Part shown: in pieces, positions 1-11,518 of the stretch | Position numbering within the stretch: the stretch's first letter is position 1 | Layout: the number at the start of each line of letters is the position of its first letter | DNA from: Rhizodiscina lignyota | Taxonomy: Eukaryota | DNA length: 64,000 nucleotides | Assembly: GCA_010015805.1 (NCBI GenBank) | Contig: ML978130.1 | Span: 372,001 to 436,000, forward strand | Reading direction: 5' to 3' | Notes under the pieces: generated by a model | What the model was told of the DNA's origin: nothing | The model's database searches: none | What the model saw: the letters and a program-made list of their open reading frames with translations, nothing else | Made by a program: the position numbers and the translations under genes

Positions 1-1189
1 CATATTCATTACGAGGATGCTCGGACTCCGATATATCTGGGTCGACTCGATGTGCATCATCCAAGATGACCCAGCAGACAAAGAGAAGGAACTGAAGGCG
101 ATGGCGCAGATATATAGAGATGCCTTTGTCACCATCTCTGCCGCCAGTACAAAGAGCTGTCAGGATGGTTTCCTGGCGAGGAGAAAGCCAAAGGCGTCTC
201 ATTATCCGCGGTTCACTCTACCGTACTGTGCGTGGGACGATGAGTCAAAGATTGGTAGCGTCGTTCTGCAACAGCAGTTCTACCATGACTTTCTTACCGA
301 ACCCATAAACAAACGGGCGTGGACTCTGCAGGAACGACTGTTGAGCCCGCGAATCCTCATATACGGTACTCATGAACTCTGGTGGCAATGTCAAGCTGAG
401 CAGCTTAGCAACGGCGGAACAGGCAAGTTCTACGATCCAGGCGCGGAACGTCTCTTGTCAGCCTTCTTCCAGCATGATAAGGAGACATTAACACACAAAG
501 AGTGGTGGTACTCTTGGGTCGATACCGTAATTGACTACACGCACCGGGAGCTCAGCTTCGAAGAGGATAAGCTAGTCGCGATATCCGCCATTGCCTCTCA
601 GTTCCAAGCCGTCCAGAGCAACGACTACCTCGCCGGATTATGGAAATCAACTCTGCTGATGGACCTCACGTGGATGATCGACCCATCAAAGAGTCAGCCT
701 CTGAAACCCCGACCATCTAAGTATGTGGCTCCCTCTTGGTCATGGGCCGCTGTGCAGGGAACAGTCTCATTTGCCTCATCCTGGAGCTCGGAGAACGAAG
801 CATCATATGCGGAAGTGTCGCGATGCGAAACCACCTTGTCAACTAATGAGCTCCCGACTGGTAGAGTCACTGCTGGCTTTTTGGAGGCTCGAGCAAAAGT
901 CAAAGAGGCGAGATGGAGATCACGAACGACCGACCTGCTCGATTATGAACCTTATGATCAGTCCAAAACAATTGGCAGGGCCTGGATGGACGCAGAGGAA
1001 GAGAAGCCAGAGAGACTCTTTTGTATCAGACTCGAGCGGAATGTCGGGCTTATCGTGACAGAGCAGAGTCCGTGTGTATTCCAGCGAGTGGGCTTCTTTG
1101 AGATAATTGGAGAGTCGAGTGAAGAGAGCGTTGCTCTCACGGATAAATGGTTCGAACAATGTGACACGCAGATAATTACGATAATTTAA
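1..1189 (+). CDS. HET-domain (heterokaryon incompatibility) protein, 5'-partial
   Basis: Motifs LGLRYIWVDSMCIIQDD, MAQIY, RAWTLQERLLSPR, YLAGLW and APSWSWA; the frame is open to the window's left edge (IFITR precedes the ORF Met). Confidence 0.9.
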   Translation, partial: IFITRMLGLRYIWVDSMCIIQDDPADKEKELKAMAQIYRDAFVTISAASTKSCQDGFLARRKPKASHYPRFTLPYCAWDDESKIGSVVLQQQFYHDFLTEPINKRAWTLQERLLSPRILIYGTHELWWQCQAEQLSNGGTGKFYDPGAERLLSAFFQHDKETLTHKEWWYSWVDTVIDYTHRELSFEEDKLVAISAIASQFQAVQSNDYLAGLWKSTLLMDLTWMIDPSKSQPLKPRPSKYVAPSWSWAAVQGTVSFASSWSSENEASYAEVSRCETTLSTNELPTGRVTAGFLEARAKVKEARWRSRTTDLLDYEPYDQSKTIGRAWMDAEEEKPERLFCIRLERNVGLIVTEQSPCVFQRVGFFEIIGESSEESVALTDKWFEQCDTQIITII

Positions 1190-1629
1190 GCATAACTGAA
1201 GGAGAGCGAGAGGAATGTGCAGAACAGATTAGATCTTTTTATGGAATTAATCCACATGGCTGCCTCAAGGGTAGTAAAATTGTTACCCGCCGGGTAAGTT
1301 ACGATAGCCTAAGGGCGAGGAGCTTTTGTATCTTACTTCAACGTAAGCGAGATTATCTCTGAAAGCTTAATTCTACATTCTCTAAAGTATAGATACGAAT
1401 ATCATATTAAGAAACCTTTATCTTCTTTTCCTGGTTATGGATGCTGTTCTCTGTCCTGAAAGTTGCGATTAACTTTGTCACTCTCCAGCTTGCATCCAAC
1501 AAGTCTCGCCGAGGTATGTAATCACGAGCCCCGCAAGCTTCAACGCAGTCGCTCTTTGTATGCTAATGGAGCACTTCTGACTTGAATTCCTGTTAATCAA
1601 GGTCCAGAAACAGCTTCACGAGCCAAAGC

Positions 1630-3397
1630 ATGGCTCCTAAAATATATTACGCCCCAAGATATTACTCGATACCCAATTTGGACCTCTTGTCCATTCTTTT
1701 CGGTCAGTACTACACCGGAGGATCTATGCAGGCTAATATCTCACAGTACGTAGATCCAAATGAACATTGTTTGTCAAAAAACGATGCTAAAATACACATT
1801 GATGCCGCCAATACTGCCAACTATCTCACTAAAGCCGGTTGCCGCAAACTACTAGAACAATTTGCATACAGTTTCCGCAATAAATTCGGCATCGGAGCAT
1901 CTGGTCATTCAAAAGATGTCATTGTCGGATTTTCCACTCTGCAAATTCTGCTCCCTATTGCATTCTACGGAACAATAGCTGCTGGCGGCATTTTCTCATG
2001 CGCAAGTCATTCCTTCACTGCGCCCGAACTTGCTCGGCAAATCAATCAAGGCGAAGCAAAAGTCGTGCTATGCAGTGCGGACCTCAAAGACATAGCAGTG
2101 GAAGCGGCGAAGTCATGTGGATTGGGCCTTGATAGAGTTCTCGTTCTGGATTCGACGCATGGCGCTTGGAGTTTCAAGTCGGTCGACGGGAAAATCGACT
2201 GTTGGGCAGAGAAACGTCTCACGTGGAAGAGAATTACCGATCCACAGGAGCTGGAAGACAGCATCATCAATTTGCTCTATTCTTCAGGTACCACCGGAGT
2301 CCCGAAAGGTAAGAGGACATGAGACCATTTGAATGAGAACAGGCCTAACAGGAGCAGCCGTCATGCTTTCGAACAAGATGATGGTCTCGCAGATATACAT
2401 CGCAGGGCAGACAGCTAGAGAATGGGCAACTCCGAGGGTCCTCTCTGGTGAACTGAAGCTGGGAGAAAATCGGACGATTGCTCATCTACCAGCTGCTCAC
2501 ATCGCTGGTGTAGCTGGATACTTCGTGGGTCCGATGTACTCTGGCGCATCATGCTACTGGATGAAGAAGTATGAGTGGAAAAAGTTCATCGAATACAACA
2601 GACAGCACCGGATAACCTCGTTTTTCACCGTGCCTGCGATCTGGGCCCGAATTGCTAAATCTCCGGATGTCACAGACCACTTCGATTCGCTGGTGGGTGG
2701 CGCTGGCGGAGCGGCGCCAATGGATGCGGACCTTTGCAACTCGGCTGGCAAGCGCTCTGGCATACAGCTCGTTGGGACGTATGGGATGAGCGAAACGACA
2801 GGCTCCGTATTAACGCTTCTGCCAGGCGTACTCGATGATACAGGAAGTGTTGGAACCATGCATCCGAATACCATATTCCTACTCGTCGACGATGACGGGA
2901 ACGATGTTGCCGAAGGCCAACCGGGTGAGCTATGGGTGAAGGGTCCGACATTGACGAAAGGATATTACAGAAATCCAGAAGCGACGAAAGCGGCATTCGT
3001 GGATGGATGGTACTGCACCGGAGATATCATTCAACAGCGAAGTAATGGGCTCTGGTATGTCACGGATCGTAAGAAAGAGCTCATCAAGTATAAGGGACTC
3101 CAGGTAGCGCCTGCTGAGCTTGAGGGTCTGCTGTTATCACATCCATTGATTGACGATGTCGCGGTCATCGGAGTCCCTGGTGATGGCACAGAAGTTCCGC
3201 GAGCTTATGTTGTTGCGAATAGAGACAACATCTCTGAGGAGGACATAAAGAACTTTGTCAAGGGGAAGCTCGCAGATTACAAGCAGCTCCGCGGAGGGGT
3301 GACGTACATTGACTGTATACCCAGGAACGCAGTTGGGAAGATTCTTAGGAGAGAACTGAGGGACATGGCAAAGAAGGAGACTCGAGCCCGATTATGA
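1630..3397 (+). CDS. AMP-binding acyl-CoA synthetase (4-coumarate:CoA ligase-like), peroxisomal (C-terminal ARL)
   Basis: YSSGTTGVPK, YGMSE, TGD, DRKKELIK and GKILRR motifs; introns 1703-1753 (in-frame, 51 nt) and 2309-2357. Confidence 0.92.
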
Positions 3398-3591
3398 TAT
3401 TCTGATCATAGCTTTTATTTGTTGTAGAGAAATAGCTGTTTCATGAACGTGATCGGTTCTGTGCCGAAATCCGTATCGCCTTATGGATTATCAGCCCCCA
3501 AGAATGAGCGAGTCCGATAAGCTGAATAAGCTGTATAAGCCATAAATCATTAGTATCTTCCGGGTGAGGGAGCTGGATCCATCTGCAGCAA

Positions 3592-5184
3592 TCAGAGTCT
3601 CGCCTTCTGCTGTTGCGCGCTCAGCCAGTCTCGGGCGATCTCCTCATGTGTACAGAACTTCACCTGATCACCCCATCCCTTCAACCAAGTCATGATCCTT
3701 TCCGACATTCCAATAATATGCGCCATACCACTAGTGTCCGGATGCATCAAAATCGGGAAGACGAAGTCTTCATTACTGTTCTCCCAGAGCCAGGTAAACT
3801 TGTCCTTCCACATTTGTTCAATTACCCGCGTCGCGACATATCCATGACTGTTAGGAGTATGTGGAAGATACTGTAGCGGCATCATATCTTCGTTGTACCA
3901 ACCGCAGGGGACCTCGACGAGAGGGTGCACGCCCTGTTGTGGGTACGCTTCGTGGTCAGATGCAAGAACTGTGGGGTGGAGCCAGGAAGATGCTGGTTGC
4001 GAGAAATCGATCGTCTTAATCGGTGGGTCATTCGGAGTCCAATATGGCTGAGAGTCGTGGTGATTCATCGAAGTGTCGTAAAGGAAATTGCGTTCACGTA
4101 GCAATTCCACGGTCGTCTCGCGGATCGTGTACATCGGAGCGCGATAACCGCGAGGTTTCTTGCCAGTGATTTGAGTGCAGACTTCGATGCACTTATCAAG
4201 TACATCGCGCTCTTGATCTAGCGTCATTTGATATATGCCTTCGTGAGAATAGCCATGAAGTCCAACCTCGGCGCCGGATGCGACGACTTTTTTGACACTT
4301 TCGGGAAACGTCTCCATTGTGTGGCCAGGAATGAACCAGGTGACTTTATCCGCGATCTGGAGCTTTTCCAGAACTCCAAGTAAGCGGATGGATCCCACAC
4401 GGCCCGAAAAGATGCCCGAGCTGTAGTCTGCCATGTTGTTGTCCGGGTGGCATCCTGTTCCAAGCCAATGAGAGACTGCATCAAAGTCGAATGAGAGAGC
4501 AACCTTGACACGTCGACCACCTTTCTTGGACAGCTGCATTGGAATAGACGTTGCTGTATCGCTTGTAGATCCAGCCGCTGTACTTAGCACTTGATATTCG
4601 CAGTCCATCGGCATACCTGCATTCACAGGAGCCATATCCTGCGGACAAGCGCTCATAACGATAACAACATCGACTTCCGCCTTGAACACCACGTATTGAC
4701 CTTTCTCACTCACTGGCGCTTGCGTATCAAGTCCGCCACGCTGATTGACAGGAACATTCATGAAGAGATTCAGCGGATCTGGAGTCCACGCATCTGGGAT
4801 TGCAATTGCTGGGTGATCGGTCTTCAGCGTCGTATGCAGATTATGCGAACAGTTATCGTGCCATCCTTGAGCTCCAAGCATCCGGTATCGTTCCGAATCG
4901 CAGGCAGACCATAACATATCATGTACACCTGGCGTCGTGTCCTCGATGAGCGTCACCATTGGTTTGCGCTTACTGCTCACGAGTGTGTCGTTGACGCTCA
5001 GAGAAATCTTGGAGAGTACGGTGCGGCAGTGGACCATAGAGAGATAGTCGAATGCATCGTTGGGATTAAAGGCCCAGAAGTCAACCACTTGCTTGCCGTA
5101 CGTGTTGATGATTTTGATGGACTCGCCCTTGCGGACCAGTACAGAGACGGACTTGCGGGCTGGAATGATGCCTGATTGAGACAT
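3592..5184 (-). CDS. Fusion of DUF1989 (urea carboxylase-associated) domain and CE4 polysaccharide deacetylase (PuuE/PgdA-like); C-terminal ARL
   Basis: N-half: GKQVVDFWAF, HDMLWSACD, HDNC, PDPLNLFMN, MSACPQD. C-half: SFDFDA, HGYSHE, GYRAP, MHP. Single intronless ORF of 530 aa. Confidence 0.85.
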   Translation of the reverse strand: MSQSGIIPARKSVSVLVRKGESIKIINTYGKQVVDFWAFNPNDAFDYLSMVHCRTVLSKISLSVNDTLVSSKRKPMVTLIEDTTPGVHDMLWSACDSERYRMLGAQGWHDNCSHNLHTTLKTDHPAIAIPDAWTPDPLNLFMNVPVNQRGGLDTQAPVSEKGQYVVFKAEVDVVIVMSACPQDMAPVNAGMPMDCEYQVLSTAAGSTSDTATSIPMQLSKKGGRRVKVALSFDFDAVSHWLGTGCHPDNNMADYSSGIFSGRVGSIRLLGVLEKLQIADKVTWFIPGHTMETFPESVKKVVASGAEVGLHGYSHEGIYQMTLDQERDVLDKCIEVCTQITGKKPRGYRAPMYTIRETTVELLRERNFLYDTSMNHHDSQPYWTPNDPPIKTIDFSQPASSWLHPTVLASDHEAYPQQGVHPLVEVPCGWYNEDMMPLQYLPHTPNSHGYVATRVIEQMWKDKFTWLWENSNEDFVFPILMHPDTSGMAHIIGMSERIMTWLKGWGDQVKFCTHEEIARDWLSAQQQKARL

Positions 5185-6633
5185 TCTGATGTGAAGAGAC
5201 TAACGAGATTTTACTTGTTTAAAGCTCGGTCGGGAATTGAGATTGTCGGTTGTCAGCCGAATGAAGTATGACGCAGGATGGAGGCCGCCCAATTTTCTCA
5301 GATTTGCAGGCCGCACTTCAAGCACGGGAGTCCACCAACTGTTAACGAATCCAAGGAATTTAGAAGCCAGTTGCGTGTGCAAGCAGTATTTATGCTGATG
5401 CCAAAGAAATGCAAATCATGCTTCAACCTGGCATCAAAGAGGGGTCAAACAGCTCGGCGACTCAGGAGCTCGACGTGGAAAAGACAGCGGAGATGAACTG
5501 CTGATTGAATATAGATGTAGCCTTGCACTGTGAACATTGTCCAGTCAAACCGACGACCCCGATGATCCCGGAATGATAAGATGGAAATATCACCGATAGA
5601 CTGCACAAAGCTCTTACATAAAAAATATGAGAGAGAATTCGTAAGCGGCCGGCCGAAGACTGTCGTGCGGTGGTTAGCCCTGATGTGTACGAAGATAGAC
5701 ATTTGGAAGATTTCAATCTGGAACAGCATCTTCATGAGTATAATGCTCCAGCTTCGCTCCCGCAAAGAGTAAACGTTCCATTGTATGTCGCTGCTTTAGG
5801 CGGGGCACGTCCCAGGAGTCAGAAGTCAGAAAGAGCCCAGAACGATAGCTTGTTGCGGGGTTCTTGAGCCGCAGCACATATCACTCTACAGTATATCAAA
5901 ATGACTGGTCGTACACAATAACCTGAGTTGAAGAAAAGACGGAAAGATCGAGAGGGAAAAGACTGCGCTGAGAACGCAGGACACGAGGGTAAACTCCCGC
6001 ACTTATGCCGGAATTTACCCGAGAAACCCCCTCCAAAGGGGAAAAATCCCCCGAGCACTGCGAAAGCAATCTCGTTGGCGTTGAAAATGCGTTCTATGAA
6101 TGTAAAATGGAGTGCTCTTGCTTTTGCCTTTCTTTTGCCTTACTATGAACCACTACAGTCGTACGGGGTATTTCAAGCCCAGTCAAAAGATTTAAATCGC
6201 GCTTCTGAACTTTCCGAGACGTCGGCTAGACCTTACGAGCGCTTGATATTTTAATCAAAATCTGGCTAGATACAGTTGAGTTCGTCTGTCCGCACATAAT
6301 TCGCTTCTGTCTGCCACATATCACTTTGTATGTTTGAGAATTGAGGATTTGCCAAAGCCAGTGCAATTGGTGTTCCCGTAACGCGGCTACAAACCGGAGA
6401 TGAGCCGCACTGTTTGGGTGGAGCGCACCCAGAACTTAGGTGGCTTGTTCCCTCCCGACGGCCTAGCTTCTTTCTCTTTGTACCCACCTCCCCGCTTGAG
6501 GGATGCTTCAAGAGCGGAGAAAAGGCCGCGACATTGAACTTCAATACATTTAAATATTGCCCCCTATTCTTCACTAATTTCTTCACCCTTTCACCTTCTG
6601 TTAAAGTATTGACTGTTCGTAGAAAAGGCAGAC

Positions 6634-7858
6634 ATGGGCTCAGATAACATCCCAGAGCGCATGCTCGCGGCACAGGTCACTGAGGCAAGCAAATTTATGG
6701 TCGAAATTGGATATTTATAGTTCCTACTCTAATTCATACAAAAGTACAACAAACCGTACACAATTCATGAGATCGCTGTGCCCAAGAACCTTGACCCCCA
6801 GGATATCCTCGTCAAGGTTGCCGTCGCCTCATTATGTCACACAGATAACATGGTTATTGCTGGTCAATTCTTTACGCAACTCCCATGCACGGCATCGCAT
6901 GAGGGTTCAGGAACAGTAAGATCTTCACGCAATAGCAAATATCTCAACATTCAAGCGTAAAGCTGATACGACTCGAGAATAGGTCGTCTTGACAGGTTCT
7001 GAAGTGAAAAACTTCAAACCTGGCGATCGCGTCATGTGCGCCATTCCTTATCACCAATGTGGCATATGCAACGACTGTCAATCCGCCAGTGCCCAGTACT
7101 GCGCGAAGCAGAGCCTGACAGGCGTCAAACGCGACGGTTGTTTCGCAGAGTACGTTGTCGTAGACGGCCGGACGAGTATTAAGCTGCCGGACCGCGTGAG
7201 CTTCGAGACGGCGGCGCCAATGGCGTGTGCGGGACTCACGATTTTCAGAGGCGTGTTGCAGAGCGAATGTCATGCCGGTGAGTGGATGGGCATTGTCGGC
7301 GCTGGCGGCTCATTGGGGCACTTGGGGATTCAGTTTGCGAAGGCGATGGGTATCATGGTTGTGGGGGTTGATGCGAGGGACGAGGGGTTAGCATTAGCAA
7401 AAGAGACGGGCGCAGATATCGTTGTCGATGCTCGAAAGGGTGCAGAGCAAGTTGTAAAGGAAGTCGAGGCTGTCACCGGAGGCGAAGGTTGCAAGAGCAC
7501 GCTGATGGTGAGCGACGCAGATGGAGCCGTCGCACTTGGGTGCAAGATCACACGCATGCACGGGACATTGGTCCAAATTGCGCAGCCCGAGACGATCAGT
7601 ATACCGTTCCACGAAGTCGTCTTCAGAGATATCAAGATTCATGGGAGCTTGATGTCGTCTGTCGCTGAGGCAACACGGATGCTGGATGTAGTGGCTGAAC
7701 ATGGTGTGAGTGTTGAGAAGAACGTGTTCCATGGGCTGCACGAAATTCCGAAGTTGATGGATCTTGCGCACGGAGGGAAGATGAAGGGGAAAGGCATGAT
7801 TGTCGTGGATCAGGAGCAGATTGATAGGCAGAACAGTCAAGGTTTGAAGCTTTCTTGA
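6634..7858 (+). CDS. Zinc-dependent (MDR) alcohol dehydrogenase
   Basis: ASLCHTD, SHEGSG, CGICNDC..C and GAGGSLGHLG motifs; introns 6685-6744 (GC-AG) and 6916-6982. Confidence 0.9.
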
Positions 7859-8357
7859 GGCAGCGTGGTATTGTATGGCATAGGCAACTCGAAAATCTAT
7901 TTCACAGGACGCTGAGCAGGGCTTACGATCACTGTCAAAAGACATCTAACCTTGAAAGGCATAATTGCGGGTACTCTTCTCCGCCACGCGCCCCTGTCTC
8001 ATCAGATGCAGCACGTACCTCGCTGCTTTGTTCCGCCACCCCCACAGCTTGAGGCATGATTCAACTGTCGTATGGGAGGCTGAGGGTTTCTCTGACTCGT
8101 GCCTCGCTCCTTTCTCCACACCCCGCAATCCGGTACAAACCCTCGCCATTCTCCAGGAAATCGTGACCTCCACCGAGGATATTGCGTGCGAGTAGTATGT
8201 ACCGAAGGGGACCAGAAAATACCGATAAGTATATCCTGTCTTCGGCAACACCATATCTTTGCTGCAGTCATTCATTCCACTGTTCAATTCTAAACCTAGA
8301 ATGTTTCTCTACCTCATGGCGGTCTAACTTTAGCTGACTCTCTGCCCATTCCTCAAT

Positions 8358-10272
8358 ATGGACGTCCTTAAGCCGGACTACACGCGTTTCCTCGGTCCAG
8401 AGTCTCCAGATCCTGTCAAAACGAAATACCAACCTCATGCTCGCCCGATTTTCTCCTCTCCATACGGCCCATTCCCGCCAACGCCTCCAGATCTCAATGT
8501 TCATGAATTGTGCTTTCCGCCTCAGAATCCTCTCCCTCCAGACTACCCTCTATTCATCAATGCTGTGACAGATGAGCGTGTCACACTCCACCAATTCTAT
8601 CATCGCGTCTGCGCTTTGGCGAGGGTCTTACAACACGATGGGCCGAATCCGCTGAAGCTTGACAGGAGTCCTGTTGACGACAAGGAGGATGGAGAGATCA
8701 TGGGACTTTTCTCAAGAAACCATATTCATTACCCGATGCTCGCACACGCATGTTTCCGATCTGAGATTGTCTTTGGCGGCATCAGCCCGTCAAGCACTCC
8801 GTATGAGTTGTGGTGGGTGCTGCGGAAAATGCAAATCACCAGCTTTGTATGCCATGAGACCCTGCTGCATGTTTTTGAAGAAGCGCTGAAGCTGGGGAGC
8901 GGCGAAGGAGATAAGGGCTCGAATCTGCGTCTCGTTCTAGATCCGCACAAGGTTATCGTGCTCAGCGACAATCCTGAATTGGACACAGTATCTGGATATC
9001 CAACGGTAGAAAGTCTAGTTCGGATGGGCTCTAAACTTCCTGAAATACCACGCAGACTACATGGAGGCAACAAGCTATGCTTTCTTTTCCAGTCCTCAGG
9101 CACCTCAGGTCTTCCAAAGGCAATGATGATATGCCACAAGAACGCTGTGCACACCGCTATGCAGGGTATGATAACTGCCACTCAATCTGCACGATTCGCC
9201 GGAGTGGAGCCACTGCAGCCGCAACGTGTACTGGGAGTCGTCCCCGCCTACCACTCGTACGGAATGATCCTCTGGATTCTGAGAGTCAATCTACAGCAGC
9301 TAACGAACGTCATGCTGCCGAAGTGGGACGTCGAACTCGCTCTACGAAGTATTCAGAAATACAAGCTCACCATGTTGCCTTTGGTCCCACCATTGGTGCG
9401 GCAACTAGCACAGAGCCCACTAACAGCGAAATACGATTTGAGCAGTGTAACGACATGTTCTAGTGGATCGGCCTATCTGCCATCGGATGTGGCGTACCAA
9501 TTGGCGGAGAAATTACCTCAAGGGGCAAGTCATCCAATTCCGAGCGGGTATGGGTTGAGCGAAGCCGCAAGCATCGCCAGTCCGGCAGCGCCTGGTATCT
9601 TTGGTCTTCCAGAGTCGAAGCCTGGAACCATTGGATTCCTCTTACCTGGTATGGATGCGCGAGTGGTGGATCCAGATACGCTGAAAGATGTATCAAAGGG
9701 ACAGAAAGGCGAACTATGGACGCGAGGAAATGTTGTCACCCCAGGATATTTCAAGGATCCAAAAGCGACAGCGGATATATTTAGTGAGCCGGGTTGGCTG
9801 AGAACGGGCGATTTGGTAATGCGCGATGAGGACGATCGGATCATCTACCTTGACCGATTAAAAGAGATGATTAAGGTCAAAGGGTTACAGGTCGCAGCTA
9901 CTGAAGTAGAAGATACGCTGCTCGATCATCCTGAAGGTTTCGTGAGAGATGCATGCGTTGCTGGCATCGATAATGGACGAGGCGATGGGAGTCTGTTCGT
10001 AAGAGCCTGGGTGGTCTTGTCAGCTGAGGGGAAGAAACAACCAGACGAAGCTGTGGCGAGGAAGCTAAAGGAGCATGTGGAGTCACGCTTGAGCCGGCAC
10101 AAATGGCTCACAGGAGGGATTGAGATTGTCGATGCGGTGAGTATTGTTGGTCGGGTGGAATCGAATCCATTCTGACTTGTACAAGATACCGAGAACGCCA
10201 TCTGGGAAGATGTTGAGAAGGGAGATGAGGGACATGTACTATGCGCGTTTGAAGGAGAAGAGCAAGTTGTAA
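8358..10272 (+). CDS. AMP-binding acyl-CoA synthetase (4CL/phenylacetyl-CoA ligase-like), peroxisomal (C-terminal SKL)
   Basis: QSSGTSGLPK, GYGLSE, RTGD and DRLKEMIK motifs; intron 10137-10185 gives last exon IPRTPSGKMLRR...EKSKL*. Confidence 0.92.
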
Positions 10273-10358
10273 TACTGAATACTGAGTCTCACCTCCTCTC
10301 AGAGGAGCACGATCAATTGCGGCTCCTCGGAGGTAATTATCGGGTTGAGACGAGAACT

Positions 10359-10850
10359 TCAGCCCCTTCTCCTACTGTATGTTCCGCGTGTTCGCGGAGT
10401 GCTTTGGGCCTCCTCGTCATAATCATCCGCTCGCAGATAGTGCTCTTGCGCCCACACCGCCTCGTCTCTTCCTCCACGAGCCTCTTTCAGGTACTTAGAG
10501 AACGCATTGGACATTTCCACAACTTGCTCGAAGTGATCTCTTTTAAGATTGATTTTGGCGGCATGCTTCTGATTGGCGTCGTACTCTGCGAGCGTAACTG
10601 CGGTCTGAAAACCTGCTTGGAGTGAGCTCGAGCTGATGCACTGGGCAGAAATCTGAAGTCCTACAGTTTCGAATATCCCTCCCGTTCCAATCCAAATCTT
10701 TCACTATCGGATCTCTCAGAACGAAGTCTCGTGCATCGTCATCAATCTCCATATTCGTCCTATCTTTCTTCAATTTGGCAAAGTTATTATTCTATAACTT
10801 TTGCCTTTCCTTCTCACTGAAGCCCTTGTAATGAAGATAGATGATAATGA
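10359..10850 (-). pseudogene. C-terminal fragment of a fungal AAA+ ATPase with a premature stop
   Basis: HYKGFSEKERQKL*NNNF...WNGRDIRN/CFQTAVTLAEYDA...HFEQVVEMSNAFSKYL; intron about 10613-10664; no Walker A/B region upstream. Confidence 0.75.
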
Positions 10851-11518
10851 CTGAGGTTAATTGAAGGACGATCCGAGGAGGATGAACCTCATTCCCCCTT
10901 GCAGAGGACGCTGCCGTGCGCCTTTTCTAGCGCGTGGGATGACAAAAAACATCAATTGGAACTCTTCATGTTCCCATGTTCACTCAAATCTTGTCAAATT
11001 GGAAGACGTTCTGCGGCGCTTGGGAGTATGGAATGCCTTCACGACTACCAACATCTGATTGTAAGCACAGTACACATTGCCCCTTCTGGGTCACGACCTT
11101 GACAATTTGATATTTTCTGTAGAATAAGAGCTCTAGCAAAGATCAACAAGGCTGATCGGAAGCTTAGCAGCGACCTTACCCTAGATTGGCTGGCTTTTTT
11201 CCGGGGAGAGGCTGACATGCCTGGACGGGAGAATGTCCGCACGATGCACATGCGGGGAAGATGTAATTGTGGAGCCTCCAGCTCCACGTCAATGAGAACA
11301 TACCCTACGCCTGAATTTCATCCAGCAATTAGAAAGATCATCGCAATGTATGCATTGTCAGTAGTGAGATGAAGGGACTTTTCCGAAACCGAGGCTTTTT
11401 GCTCGGCGGGCCACTCCCCGAGATCATAGTTGCAAAGAGGATAAGTAGAATATGTGCTCGTCTCTTTTGTTCCATCATGATGAATTGATTTGCTTCTGCT
11501 CTTATCGCCCGCGCAAGT

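Noticed and set aside
1200..1430. AT/TpA-rich tract, possible RIP-degraded transposon
   Set aside because: Short, with no terminal repeats or coding remnant visible
3515..3547. Repeated ATAAGC/GATAAG motifs (GATA sites?)
   Set aside because: Lies between two 3' ends and is too short to support a regulatory call
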